Shown one piece after another: positions 24,657 through 35,579 of a stretch of 64,000 nt of DNA. Source of the DNA: Podarcis melisellensis (Eukaryota); the NCBI GenBank assembly GCA_964234715.1, contig OZ174284.1; one strand, given 5' to 3'. How positions within the stretch are numbered: the stretch's first letter is position 1; each line of letters begins with the position of its first letter. Below the pieces are notes generated by a model. That model was given only the letters and a program-made list of their open reading frames with translations, searched no databases and had not been told where the DNA came from. The position numbers were made by a program, and so were the translations under genes.

Positions 24657-27600
24657 CAACCTCTTGTGGAGAAAAAAAAGTACAGTGGTGCCTCGCAAGA
24701 CGAAATTAATTCGTTCCGCAAGTCTTTTCGTCTTGCGAGTTTTTCGTCTTGCGAAGCACGGTTTCCCATCGGAATGCATTAAAAATCAATTAATGCGTTC
24801 CTATGGAAACCGCCTTCAGACCAGGTCTGGGGACAGTCTGTCTCCCAACCTCTTCTGAAGGCCGGCGGGGGCGAAAGTCTTTGCTTCCCCCTGCCTGCCT
24901 TCCCGGGAGAGCAGAGAAGCAGCGCTGCCTTCCCGCTCTCCCGGGAAGGCAGGCAGGGGGGAGCAAAGACTTTTGCCCCCTGCCGGCCTTCAGAAGAGGT
25001 CCTGGACCTCTTCTGAAGGCTGGCGGGGGGCAAAAGTCTTTGCTCCCCCCGCCTGCCTTCAAAAGACGTAGGGGAGAGCGGAGAATCGCAGCACGTTTTT
25101 CCGCTCTCCCGGGAAGGCAGGCAGGGGGGAGCAAAGACTTTCGCCCCCCGCCGGCCTTCAGAAGAGGTCCAGGACCTCTTCTGAAGGCCGGCGGGGGGCG
25201 AAAGTCTTAGCTCCCCCCCGCCTGCCTTCAAAAGCCGTCCGGGATAGCGGGAAGCGCTTCCCTGCTATCCCGGACCGCTTTTAAAATGCTGGCGGTGGGG
25301 AGCAAAGCCTTTCGCCCCCGCCGGCCTTCCTGGACCTCTTCTGAAGTCCGGAGGGGGGGAAAAGGCTTTGCTCCCCACCGCCAGCATTTAAAAGAGGTCC
25401 CCGGAGATTTCCCTATGGGCTTTCTTCTTGCGAAGCAAGCCCATAGGGAAAATCGTCTAGCGAAGCGACGCAAAAACCGAAAAACCCTTTCGTCTTGCGG
25501 GTTTTTCGTCTTGCGAGGCACCACTGTAGACTCGTTAACAAAGCAGACCCTTGAATATGAAGCAAGCATGCAGTTATGCCAGTGTGCATCAAGTACTGAA
25601 AACACCAAATGTTAAGTATGTGAAAGCATTTCCAAGATCCTTCAGCACCACAGTATAATTACTTTAGGCCAGGCCCACACAACTTACACTCAAGCCTGAC
25701 AGGCATGAACTGTAGCCTGACAAGTTCCCTCTTTCTATATTCCCTTGTAGGAGGCGGGGGAAACTGATGTATTGCAGAGTTGCTGACAGTCTCCTAGCGT
25801 CATTAGCGAGACACGAAGTTGTGTTGTCAACAAGAACAACAGTTTAACTTCTGCATTTAGCAAGTTTAACCACCCCAAACAAGAAACACATTGGGCAAAC
25901 AATAATGCAAGCAAAGGCGAAAGATGACAACTCAGGCGTGTTGTGGCCCTAGACCAGGATTCCTCAAAGGAAGATTCCTCTGGCAACTGCACAGCTACAA
26001 AGAAGAGATGGATCCACTGTGTGGTTCATGCCATATGGGTTTGGACATCAGAGTATCCTGAGCTGCAAGGAAACACCTCTCTCGCCGGACTCCGATGGTT
26101 GGTCTGCAGACTCCAACCCATCACCCACCCTGACTCATGAGGACATTAGGCGATGCTCATCTGCCAAAGTCAGCTCGCAAGGGTGGGAACAGATGCGGAT
26201 CTGGCCCACCAAGCCAAAAACGTTCCCTAGCCCTGCTGCAACTGTAAAAGGCAATGTCTGAAGTTAACTCGTTTTCAAATGATGGAAATCAATAGGCGAA
26301 AGAAGCAGTTGACCGTAATAACAGATAAACCAAATATTTGCTATCACTGTATTAAAAGCAAGGCGGCTTTACCCACCGTGAACTTCTAGACTGCAGTGGT
26401 CCTTATCAACTCTGCCACAAACGACAAAGTTGTCACTGGGCTTAATCATGAAGTCTTCATGCTCATATTGCTCCTAAAAGAGAATGCTCAGTAGTGTTAG
26501 AACACTGCTGTACACAATGGTCAGAATCAAAGGCTATTTTAGGTGCGTTCAAACACTTGGGAATGACCAGTACGCCCCCACCCACTTCCCCTTCCACATA
26601 GCTGCTTACTCTTGAAATTCCCCACTGTTTCAAAATCAGTTGCCATGTGATAGTGAACTACTGCCCAAGGGAACAAAATCTCAATTGCTTTGGGCACTAA
26701 ATTAGTGGCTTGATTCTTTGGATATCAGCTTAAGCTTCTATGGATATAGGGGTTAATAAGCATTCAAAAATAGCACTGTGCCTGATGGGATAAATAAGGG
26801 TGTAATCCTAACCATGCTCTCTCAGATGTAAGTCCTAATGAATACAATGGGCCTTACTCCCAAGTAAGTGGCGTTAGGATTGCAGTCTAAGCATTCAGAA
26901 AGAGAGCTTGAAGATTAGCAGGAAGAACTGGGATATCAGTGCCCAAAACTGAAACCTCAAGTAATATTGGTGCGATTATCACATACCTAACAAAATTACT
27001 ACATATACAGATTAGATATGCATTTCATCACAATAAAGTCAAGATGCACCATTACATTCCATCCCCGCCATCCCTTCCTCTTCCCCATATTTCAGAACAG
27101 CACCACCACAGAGCATACAAAAAGAGTAGCAAGATAATCCACCTCACCCCAAGCCTCCCAGAGGATAAAGCAGAATGCCTTCAGACAAAACTGTCAAAGA
27201 ATCATACAAAAATATGATTCTGTGTGTGTGCATGCACATGCGTGTGTTTACCTTGCTTTTATTATGTGATGAAGAGCAGTATATAAATTTAATATGCGTG
27301 GTTAGTGGGATTTCCTGATTGACTGACTTCACTGGGATTTAGACCCAAATAAGTAGGAAATGCAAGGGACACAGGTGATCTAAACCACAGAGCCTAGGGC
27401 TTGCCGATCGGAAGGTTGTCAGTTCAAACCCCCCCGCCACGGGGTGAGATCCCATTGTTCGGTCCCAGCTCCTGTCCACCTAGCAGTTCAAAAGCATGTC
27501 AAGTGCAAGTAGGTAAATAGGATAGGTACCACTCTGGTGGGAAGGTAAACAGCGTTTCTGTGCGCTGCTCTGGTTTGCCAGAAGTGGCTTAGTCATGCTG

Positions 27601-30600
27601 GCCACATGACCCAGAAGCTGTCTGCGGACAAATGCCTGGTCCCTCAGCCTATAGAGCGAGATGAACACGAAAACCCCAGAGTCGTCCGTGACTGGACCTA
27701 ACGGTCAGGGGTATCTTTACTTTAAGCAGGAAATACAGTCAGATTAAAGTCAGTCACAGTGTTGAAAAGGACCAGAAGACCATCACTCTAACTTCACACT
27801 TAGAGAAAACCATCCAACAGAGATCAATTTAAGGAACCCTGAACACATAATACAAATGAAGGTGAGAAATCAGCCACCTCAAAAAGCTGGTCTTGAGTGT
27901 AAGGAGTTCCAAATGAGGCTATACTTATAAGTGAAGGAACAAACTCAACTAATTCTTTATAAATTTAAATATTTCTGTAACAAGGGACGTGGGTTAAATA
28001 ACTAGACACCATATGAAGTAAGACAAAACCCAATACACAAATATGCAGGCTACATGCACTTGTAACCTAAGGGTACCACTGCATGATGTGAATAGATCAA
28101 ACAGCTAGGAGGAGTTTAGAAGGTTTTGCTTCCACTTTTGTTCAACAAAGTACTCACTGTATCTTTAAGAGTGACGTAAGGATCATTTTCATTGCTTCCA
28201 TACACTGTGAGACCTGCTAGGGTCTTTCCAAGACTCTCAGTGCCTGTAAAAGAATATTCACAATTTCACATGGCAGATTGTGCTAAGTAAGTCAAACTTA
28301 CATCAAAGTGAAACCTTAGCAAGCAACAGTTTCCATAGTAAAATTATTGGTCAAAATGAAGCACAAGAGAGAACATAAAAGGTTTTATGATGGAACAATC
28401 AAATGCTATTTGAATTGTCATAAAACTGTCTGCCTTTAAAAAACAACATTTTAGCAAAAATAAAAAAGCACAGCTCTCCTTCACCACAAGGTTTTAAAAG
28501 CTGAAGCTTAATGAAAATTCACTGAAATATATTTACTATGAACCAATTTAAGTGTAAAGAGGAGAAAATATCCACCTATTGCAGGGACATCTAGCTACAA
28601 AAAAAGTGTTTAGAGCACAGAGCATCTGAGTTCAAGTCCAAACCGAATAAATTGATAATGGATACCTAGTTATTTTTATTCTGGTGCTTCAGTTGCAGTA
28701 GCTTTTTTTTCACCATTTATTAGAAATTTTCCACATCCTGTCCTAATGGGGAAGAGTGATGGCTTTTTAAAAAGATTTGGTGGATCAAGTTTTCCTCCAC
28801 TCTTGGGGTTTAAATAACTGACAGGCTTAGTGGTAAGAGTCCTCTCCTGGGATAATAAGCGCTTTGTTAGATCAGAGCAAAGGTTAATCAAGTCCAGCCA
28901 CCCGTTTTCTCACAGCAGCCAACCAGATACGAATCATGTGAAGGTATTCATTCAACTTGTAAGTTTTGAAATGTAATCATATACATGCCTTCAGAAATAA
29001 GTCCCATTTAGTTCAATGTGCCTTATTCCCAGGTATTCTTAGTTTTTGGATCCTGGGACTGGAGGATCCTTCCCCAAGGCAGATTATCCTGTCCACGAAG
29101 CCCTTTCTGATCTTCCAAACCCTGTGAAGGCCCAAACCTCCTTTGCATTATCAAAAACAGATGAAAGTCAAGTGACACTTCAAATGAAGCTCCTTGCCCA
29201 TAAAATGTATAAATCCATTTCCCTTGACTTCCTAAAAAAGTACTAATTCCTGTGAGGTGTTTTCAACTCTATACTCTTTCCTTTGCAACATTGACCCTTT
29301 GTGATCTATCTTCCAATACTCAGAGCAAACATATTACAACATCTTGTGAAGAATTTGCTGGTGGATGGTAGGAAACACAGAAACAAGTCTAATGTTACCT
29401 TCATCTTCCTCATCATAATTATCCAGGTCATATTCTGCCAGTTCATCGTCATCCAGCTTTTCATTTTCTTCATGGTCCTCATCGTTGGGAGCTGAGCTAG
29501 TTGCCTCAGCATCAGCAACATCCATGGTGCCTCCTGAAGCCTCTTCCTGTTCATCATCATCATCACTAGCATCTCTTTATGTAAGAAAAAGTACAACATA
29601 CTTTGCACAACTGAATGTCACAACTTAGTTTTTAATCACTAACACACAATTCCATATGACTTCTTTGCCACTGACTCCGCAAGTGTTAAACACACTTCTT
29701 GTGGAGCAAATCGCATTGAACTCAGTGCAATGTTCTCCCAAGTAAGCATTCATATGGAAAGGATTCAGTTGTAAGTCTCAGACCTGCTTCCTTGAGGTCC
29801 ACTGGTGTATTAGTACTGAGTAGCAGCAGCAATCACCTTAATGACAGAAATGAACAGGCCACACATCGCAGTGCCAAAGCTGCAGCTTTTACTCTTCTCC
29901 TAACATGAGGGAACCTGTGTGCACCTAAACTGAACCAAATACCCTCCATATAAGCCACATCACTCAAGTTCATAGGTTCACTATGACCTTATACACAGTG
30001 GCATGCTCAGCTTGTGTAGCTTCATTTTATTCCCCTCCCATACTATTTTCAAATGTTTTGCTTCCTCTATGGACCAAAAAAGTTACAAAGCAGGGATGTG
30101 AAAGTTAACATTCATATCCTTGCTCTTGGCAGGTTTACTCCTGCAGATGCAGAAGACAGTATTATTTTCCTATCCTGGGCTGAGAGATGTTCTGCGGAAA
30201 TCAAGTACAAAAATGTAACACATGAGCAATAATCTTTTAAAATTATTATGTCTTTTGAACATGTGCAAGCAAAGGTGTAACAGAGAACAAACCTAGAAAT
30301 ACACAAGAAACGGTTTTCTTTTATATTCTTGCTTATACAATTCTATGCTTCTTCACCATTCATGTAGAATAAGATGTCAATGGCTACCAGCCATGAAGGC
30401 TATGTTCTGCCTCCACAGCTGGAAGCAGCAATGCTTCTGAATACCAGTTTCTGGAGACCACAGCAGGGAAGAAGGCTCATGTGCTCAGTTGCTGCTTGTA
30501 GGTTTCTCACCGGCATCTGGTTGGCCACAGTGAGAACAGGATACTGGATTAGTTGGGTCACTGGTCTGATCCAGCAAGCTCTTATTACGTTCTTATTCAA

Positions 30601-32207
30601 CTCACTCTGTTAACCTGTCCACCTGACAGGTGCTGGAATGCAGTAAATTTACAGTTTATCTAGGCACGTCAAAGCAGCGATTCAGTTAAACGTATTACAA
30701 ACGCATATAGGGAAATCTGGTAGGGAAAGACAGGACTCCACAGCGTCACCTGATGTTACAGTGTTATATCATGTATACAACACATATAAAACGCTTTTTC
30801 TTTACAAATCCAGCTAAGTTCTTAGATTAACCTGTCTAGGATTAAAAACACCAGGGGTTTTGCAACAAATTAAACCTTCACATAGATATGGCCTACAATA
30901 TATTAACTTTTCCCTAAATTCTGCTTCAATATTACAAAGACTTACTGCAGTCTCTCTTTGGCTTCAGAGACCAAGCGTTTCAATTCATCTGTTTCAAGAT
31001 GAACCTGCAAAGTGGACGCACAGAATACAGAATTACAATTTAATTCATGTCAGGTAGTTTTTCTTTAAAAGGACATTTGAATAGGTTTGTAAAGAAGTTC
31101 TATCAACACAGTCTAGCAGTCAGTAGCATCCTTGACCTTTTAAAAAGTATGCTTTTATTCAGCCCAATCAAATAAGCCATTGAAAACAAATGGAAACTAA
31201 TCATCAATAACACCACGGAACAGCTGTGCAGTAACCTTAGAACAATATTTTCAACAATGAGAGGCACTGGGTGGACAAGCTGGAATTGGAGTGTCCCAAA
31301 GTAACAGATATCCACATTATATGCAACTTTTCATTATGACTAGAGACTTCTCCAATAAGCCTCCATCAGCAATCCTCAGGCAAAATCAAGAAGGCTGCTG
31401 AATGCTACAAGTAAATACTGGGCCAAGGCTTGGTGGGTGAGGGATGTTACACAAAAGAAAAGGGGCAAAAATGGTAAAAGTAGCAACATGGCTCCATTAG
31501 GGGCAAAAGAAAAAGAGGCAACAGGTTTTTTTATGACTATTCCCTTGCTGGGGTTTAGATTGATTTTACATGAAAACAGAAGTTGTTCTAAGTCACGTTA
31601 TAAACTTTAGAATGAAAGGCAGGATATAAACATTGTGTAATAATATATACCACAATGTATTAATCAAGACATGTCTCACCGGGAGGGCACTACAATCCAA
31701 GAAGCAGATCCTAATAAATGTTGCCTTTTATATTTTCCAGGAGACAGGAGATATGGCTTCTCTATTCGTACGGTCTTTGCTGCCATCCAACACCCTTTCC
31801 GACACTTTAACACGCCCAAGCCTACTTAAGCTCCCAATACAAACACACACACCTGGGAGTAAGCCCTACTTAGCTCGACGGTCTTATTACTGAACAGACT
31901 CGTGCAGGACTTGCGCTGAAAAATTCCACAGCGCTGCTGCTGTTACAAACTGCAGACCAGAACTGGCTTCGCCCTCTCTCTCTCTCTCTCGACCATTTTC
32001 CTGCCTGAGCACTGATAAAGCTCCCTCGTTGCATTGGTAGCCCTGTAAGTGGCTGCACCGCTGCCGCTTCGGACTAACGAGAGAGACGCTCAGAGGCAGC
32101 TGGTGCCAGGAAGGAAAGCCGCTTGCCGCTTCCACGCTCACCTTGTCGGGCGTCTCCTTGGCGACGCCGCGAGGAACCCAAGCAGCGCAGGTGACGGGGC
32201 AGCTCAT
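16238..32207 (-). CDS. PWP1: Periodic tryptophan protein 1 homolog (WD40, ribosome biogenesis), spliced CDS of 15 exons, 1503 nt = 500 aa + stop
   Basis: The exons translate to [18 protein letters not shown]...[16 protein letters not shown]...[12 protein letters not shown]...[14 protein letters not shown]...[20 protein letters not shown], matching the recalled human PWP1. The frame is continuous across all 14 introns. Synteny with PRDM4 and BTBD11 is as in human 12q23. Confidence 0.97.
16734..16839 (-). CDS. PWP1: PWP1 exon 14
   Basis: ccacag|GGT GTC CTC ... GCA G|gtgaga; [35 protein letters not shown]. Confidence 0.95.
17429..17550 (-). CDS. PWP1: PWP1 exon 13
   Basis: ttgcag|GA CTA CAG ... 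AAA ATG|gtaatt; [40 protein letters not shown]. Confidence 0.95.
18019..18109 (-). CDS. PWP1: PWP1 exon 12
   Basis: ctctag|GCC AGC ACA ... TCT G|gtaaat; [30 protein letters not shown]. Confidence 0.94.
18556..18667 (-). CDS. PWP1: PWP1 exon 11 (followed by a GC donor)
   Basis: ttccag|A TCA GCA ... TTC TTG|gcaagt; [37 protein letters not shown]. Confidence 0.92.
19071..19132 (-). CDS. PWP1: PWP1 exon 10
   Basis: ttgcag|GTG CAG ACA ... GAC AA|gtaagg; [20 protein letters not shown]. Confidence 0.94.
19161..19254. repeat. 49-bp-period tandem duplication
   Basis: CAACTGAAATATACTGTATATGATCTCATTTTGTGTA(A/G)TTCCTGA at 19161 and 19210. Confidence 0.95.
20719..20815 (-). CDS. PWP1: PWP1 exon 9
   Basis: cttcag|A TCT GTG TTG ... 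GAC AAG|gtatgt; [18 protein letters not shown]...LSLHTDK. Confidence 0.94.
21948..22021 (-). CDS. PWP1: PWP1 exon 8
   Basis: ataaag|AAT GCA TCT ... CTC AG|gtaagt; [24 protein letters not shown]. Confidence 0.9.
22292..22490 (-). mobile_element. tRNA-derived squamate SINE (Squam3-like)
   Basis: The reverse complement reads GGGCTGTAGCTCAGTGGTGGAGCATG...GTTCAATTCCTGGCACCTCCAGGTAGG...GGTCTGACTTGG...AAGGCAG...ATGTTCCT, i.e. an A/B-box tRNA head plus a LINE-type tail. Confidence 0.75.
23083..23213 (-). CDS. PWP1: PWP1 exon 7
   Basis: catcag|GG AAT TAT ... AAA AAG|gtaagt; [43 protein letters not shown]. Confidence 0.95.
23862..24150 (+). mobile_element. L2 LINE 3' fragment, decayed
   Basis: AGGGCCTTTATAGTGGCAGCTC..AAATTATGGAACTGTCTCCCC is a decayed RAFSVAAPxLWNxLP motif, followed by an AT-rich tail. 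Confidence 0.55.
24294..24404 (-). CDS. PWP1: PWP1 exon 6
   Basis: atacag|TT TAT AAC ... GCA G|gtaaat; [36 protein letters not shown]. Confidence 0.94.
24611..24654. repeat. (TAA)n microsatellite
   Basis: About 14 perfect TAA units; explains the poly-I/L/N ORFs in the track. Confidence 0.97.
24683..25526. mobile_element. 844-bp non-autonomous Tc1/mariner-pogo element with an internal palindrome array
   Basis: Perfect 23-bp TIR CAGTGGTGCCTCGCAAGACGAAA, TA on both sides, subterminal TTTTCGTCTTGCG repeats, GC/CpG-rich interior, no transposase ORF. Confidence 0.9.
26377..26473 (-). CDS. PWP1: PWP1 exon 5
   Basis: ttttag|GAG CAA TAT ... CAC G|gtgggt; [32 protein letters not shown]. Confidence 0.94.
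27366..27723 (+). mobile_element. Sauria SINE
   Basis: Diagnostic body (CTAGCAGTTC.AAAGCA, GTCATGCTGGCCACATGACC) and an ACCTTT-like tail; 14-bp TSD AAG(T/C)AGGAAAT(G/A)CA at 27351-27364 and 27724-27737. Confidence 0.9.
28158..28243 (-). CDS. PWP1: PWP1 exon 4
   Basis: ttacag|GC ACT GAG ... GAT ACA|gtgagt; [28 protein letters not shown]. Confidence 0.94.
29399..29574 (-). CDS. PWP1: PWP1 exon 3 (acidic region)
   Basis: ataaag|A GAT GCT AGT GAT ... GAA G|gtaaca; [11 protein letters not shown]...[19 protein letters not shown]. Confidence 0.92.
30374..30597 (+). mobile_element. CR1 LINE 3' end fragment
   Basis: ...AATGGCTACCAGCC...GGTCTGATCCAGCAAGCTCTTATTACGTTCTTAT tail, shared with the copies at about 45.9 kb and 50 kb. 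Confidence 0.65.
30946..31004 (-). CDS. PWP1: PWP1 exon 2
   Basis: ttgcag|GTT CAT CTT ... CTG CA|gtaagt; [20 protein letters not shown]. Confidence 0.9.
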
Positions 32208-32720
32208 GGCCTCAGCTGGCGAAAGGGAGAAGCCACGCGACCCTGTAGGAACCGTCCCCCGCTTGGACACGTGCGAGCTTTTTCCGGCAAGGGCCCGCTT
32301 CGCCCCGCCTCCCGTTCCGCCGCCACCCTATCAGCTGCCGGCGTTCCCATCATTACGGCAGGCGCACGACCTATAGCTTTCTCCGGCAGGAGAGGGCCTT
32401 AGCTAAAGGTCTTGATGTCATCAGTACGCGCCAAGCACCCGAGACGCAGATTCCTTCACCCTCCCAGCTCCTCCCTCTCTCGTGGGCGGGGTGACGCCGG
32501 CCCCTCCCACTCTTGCAACGTCACCCGCAGACGCTATGGAAGGAGTGGGGCAGTTGCTGATAGGGCGCGAGTTGTGCTTGCGTCACTCCGGTTCTTTCGT
32601 TTTGTGAGGCGACGCGGGGGGGGGGAGCGAGAGGGGGGGTGTTGCGCTGATGGACTCCAATTCCCATCAGCCCCAGTCAGCATGGCCGATCGTGAGGAGT
32701 GATGGGAGTTGTAGTCCGGC
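31880..32720. promoter_or_regulatory. CpG island / PWP1 promoter
   Basis: Abrupt rise in GC and CpG around PWP1 exon 1. It contains an E-box CACGTG (about 32268), an ETS-like TTCCGG (about 32282), GC boxes (CCCCGCCTCC about 32303, GGGCGGGG about 32484), CRE-like TGACG/CGTCA sites (about 32492, 32519, 32581) and no TATA box that I can identify. Confidence 0.85.
32142..32207 (-). CDS. PWP1: PWP1 exon 1 (coding part)
   Basis: gaggccATG AGC TGC ... GAC AAG|gtgagc; [22 protein letters not shown]. Confidence 0.93.
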
Positions 32721-32978
32721 AATTACATAAATACACACACGTGTGTACATACAGTATAATTCTATTACCTATGCATATTAATATAATATAAAAAATCCCT
32801 GAAGGATTAGAGGTTTACCGTATCTCCCTTGCGCATTTATTAGGAAGCAAGGAGCATTGAACTCAACATGATTTAATTCCAGGTAAACATACACATATAC
32901 AGTGTGGCAATTTTGCCATCTTCAGGCGCGTGGGGGTAATCTGTGGCGGATCTGAAGAGCACTATGGTGAGGGTAGTT

Positions 32979-33021
32979 TAATGTATCAGTCAGATAATGT
33001 ATCAGTCAGATAATGTATCAG
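32979..33021. repeat. 16-bp tandem repeat (TAATGTATCAGTCAGA) x2.7
   Basis: Read directly from the sequence. Confidence 0.9.
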
Positions 33022-33230
33022 GGTTCCAGACCTCTCCCCCATGGAGGTTTTGTGTCTCTTAGCACAGTTGAATGACAGACAGAAAATCAACATGTCATGT
33101 CCTCTCATCCCCCCCCCAAAAAATCTGCATATTTTAAGATAGTCTTGAAACATTTGTGGCCCCACATCTTTGGGAAACTGCCCTGGGAAGTTAGTACTGT
33201 ATAGCCCTTTCCATGTATGCAATACCTTTA

Positions 33231-33545
33231 AGGGTAAAGGTAAAAGGTCCAGTTGTGACCGACACTGGGGTTGCAGCGCTCATCTCGCTTTATTGGTCAA
33301 GGGAACCGCCGTACAGCTTCTGGGTCATGTGGCCAACATGACTAAGCCGCTTCTGGTGAACCAGAGCAGCACACGGAAACGCCGCTGACCTTCCCGCCGG
33401 AGCGGTATCTATTTATCTACTTGCACTTTGACGTGCTTTCGAACTGCTAGGTTGGCAGGAGCAGGGACCGAAAGACGGGAGCTCACCCCGCCGCGGGGAT
33501 TCGAACCGCCGACCATGCGATCGGCAAGCCCTAGGCGCTGAGGTT
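33231..33545 (-). mobile_element. Sauria SINE, 5'-truncated, CpG-rich
   Basis: Reverse complement of the copies at 27.4 kb and 63.5 kb; AAAGGT tail at the left end; intact B box (GGATTCGAACC at 33497-33507 on +). Confidence 0.9.
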
Positions 33546-35216
33546 CTAAATACTTACTTGGTTACTGCACTTTGAATTGAAGTTTTATATGCTGCTATCT
33601 TATTTGTTATTTTAATTATTGAGGCACTTAATGGACTGATTATTTAGCCTGTATTATTTAGTGTGTTGTAATTCACACTGTAGAGGTTTTGCCAGAAACG
33701 CAGGCTAGAAATCTGTGAAATAAATGGCTATAACAGCAAAATCAACAAATTGTCTCACATTCCAGAAAGGTTGGTGAAGGCTGATGCCATTGCTGAAGGC
33801 TTAATTTGCTAACAGGAGATACAGCTTCAAATCCGAACTCACTCCATGAAGCTCACTGGACAGCTTTGGGCAAGTCATCATCTCTCACCTTAACCTACTT
33901 CACAGGGGCCTTGGAAGGGTAAATTAAGCTGTGTGGCAAAACATTTCACCCACTTCAAGCTACTGTAGAAATTAATAATAGAAGTATATACATAATTTCC
34001 TTTGTCTAATATTGGGGGCATGCTGCTGCACTGATTTGACTTCTTAATGAAGATTTGGGCTAAGAGAGAAAACAAGATGAGAAGCATTGATTAAGCCAAG
34101 AGAGATATACCTCACTTTGCACACATACGGTACCAAGTGCAAAGAGACTATCACTGCATACATACTAACCTATTTACTCACCACTTCCTAGTGGCTTTGT
34201 GAAATTGTAAGGATGACTGTGGCATTTCGCCATTTCCAGTACACTAAATGACAAGTTTATTATCCATAAAAACATATTTTAATGCCAACAACTAATTCAA
34301 AGTCAAATTCCAATGGTGCTCTTACAACAGAAATATACAATTTGCACAAAACATGGCTGATCTGACAAGAATGTTTCGCAGGCTAACAATATATATAGAT
34401 ATATGTATATAGATGTAGATAACTTCCTTATTAAAGAATTTTATTATGCCAGAAGTCATGCAAAGAATTTCAGAGCAGTAAACACAATAGGAACAATCAC
34501 TTGTTGACATTTCCAAAAACCATTCAAATACAGAAACATTAGGCTATAGATAAATATATACATACACTTATATTTTTGTTGCTGTTTGTGTGGTCCCTTC
34601 TGTGTTCTGTTGAAGCACCCCACTCTACCCTACGGGGTCCTTATTATAGACGTCCAAAAATAGGATTTGGAGTATTTAACTACCGATACAGACCACCAAT
34701 ATAAACTCTTTGAGATTTCTACCTTAGATCCCTGTAAATGAGGCACTTAACCATTGGCTGGGAGTTGGGGCAGGAGTCAGCAACACAAGTGTCCACCTCC
34801 AAAGCCAATATTGATTCTAATCCATAGTCCTTGGATCATTTGAAGTGAGAGGTTGCCACATACATCCTCATTTTGCTTGATGCCAAGCATGCTGTAGTCT
34901 GGTTCTAACACCCTTTAAACAATGGTTTTCAAACTCTGTTCCAGGGAATGATAGCACCTACAGTGATGGGCAAGATTTCCAGTAAAACTTGTCCGCCATA
35001 GCTGATTTTTTCAGCAAGGAATCCTTGATTAGCACAATTATGACAAAGAAGCTTACCTGAAAGGTTGCCCACCACTATAATCTGCTCTCTCAATCTGGAG
35101 TTGCAGGAGAGTATTGTCTGTTTTCCAAGGGGCACTCTTAGTTGATGGGGAGTAGTAGGTTGCCTCAACATTTAGTAGTGTTCCCAAGAAAATGCCCCCA
35201 GATCCTCTGCAATAAT

Positions 35217-35579
35217 GGCCTAGTTCACACACAACACTAAGTCATGGTTAATTAAACCATAGTTTCTTAATCCAGTGTTTATTTGATAACCTGAAGCCTG
35301 CCTATGGTTTGTTTACTACCCAGAAACCACAGCCATAGTTTGTTGTTGGGTTATGAATTTTGGTTTGTTTTAACTATGGTTTGGTGTTATATGCAAACCA
35401 AGCACTCTGCCTTAACCATGGTTTCTCCCTCCCCCAAACCCCGACACTAATCTACAACAGCAAGAGCAGCTGGAAAACAAATCAAGCTTTGGAGAATCAA
35501 GCCATGGTTTATTTAATCATCTGTGGAACAAACTGGTGGCTAAACAAACAATGGCTTAATGTTAAATGTAAACCAGGCC
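35217..35579. mobile_element. Palindromic MITE with 3-bp TSD (PIF/Harbinger-like)
   Basis: Imperfect TIRs of about 30 bp, GGCCTAGTTCACA.../...TGTAAACCAGGCC; AAT on both sides; internal AACCATGGTT/AACTATGGTT repeats. Confidence 0.6.

Noticed and set aside
24849-25400. Regularly spaced palindromic repeats that superficially resemble a CRISPR array
   Set aside because: Vertebrate intron, no unique spacers, no cas genes, and bounded by transposon TIRs.
24453-25615. Cluster of overlapping 60-150 aa ORFs with repeated [15 protein letters not shown] motifs and poly-I/L/N tracts
   Set aside because: Fully explained by the (TAA)n microsatellite and the GC-rich palindromic MITE; no transposase motifs.
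25735-26330. Relatively CpG-rich stretch in PWP1 intron 5 with short ORFs
   Set aside because: Contains a hAT-like terminus (GATCTGGCCCACC...GTTCCCTAGCCCTG at about 26198-26235), so probably a transposon fragment; no supportable exon.
31120-31207. Possible intronic C/D snoRNA in PWP1 intron 1 (minus strand TGATGA...CTGA, about 87 nt)
   Set aside because: The C box lacks the leading purine, there is no terminal stem, and I could not recognise an rRNA-complementary guide. A snoscan or Infernal search would be needed to revive it.
32208-32270. N-terminal extension of PWP1 suggested by ORF 31887..32270
   Set aside because: That ORF opens at a GTG. The ATG at 32207 has a good context (GCCATG) and matches the orthologue N-terminus.
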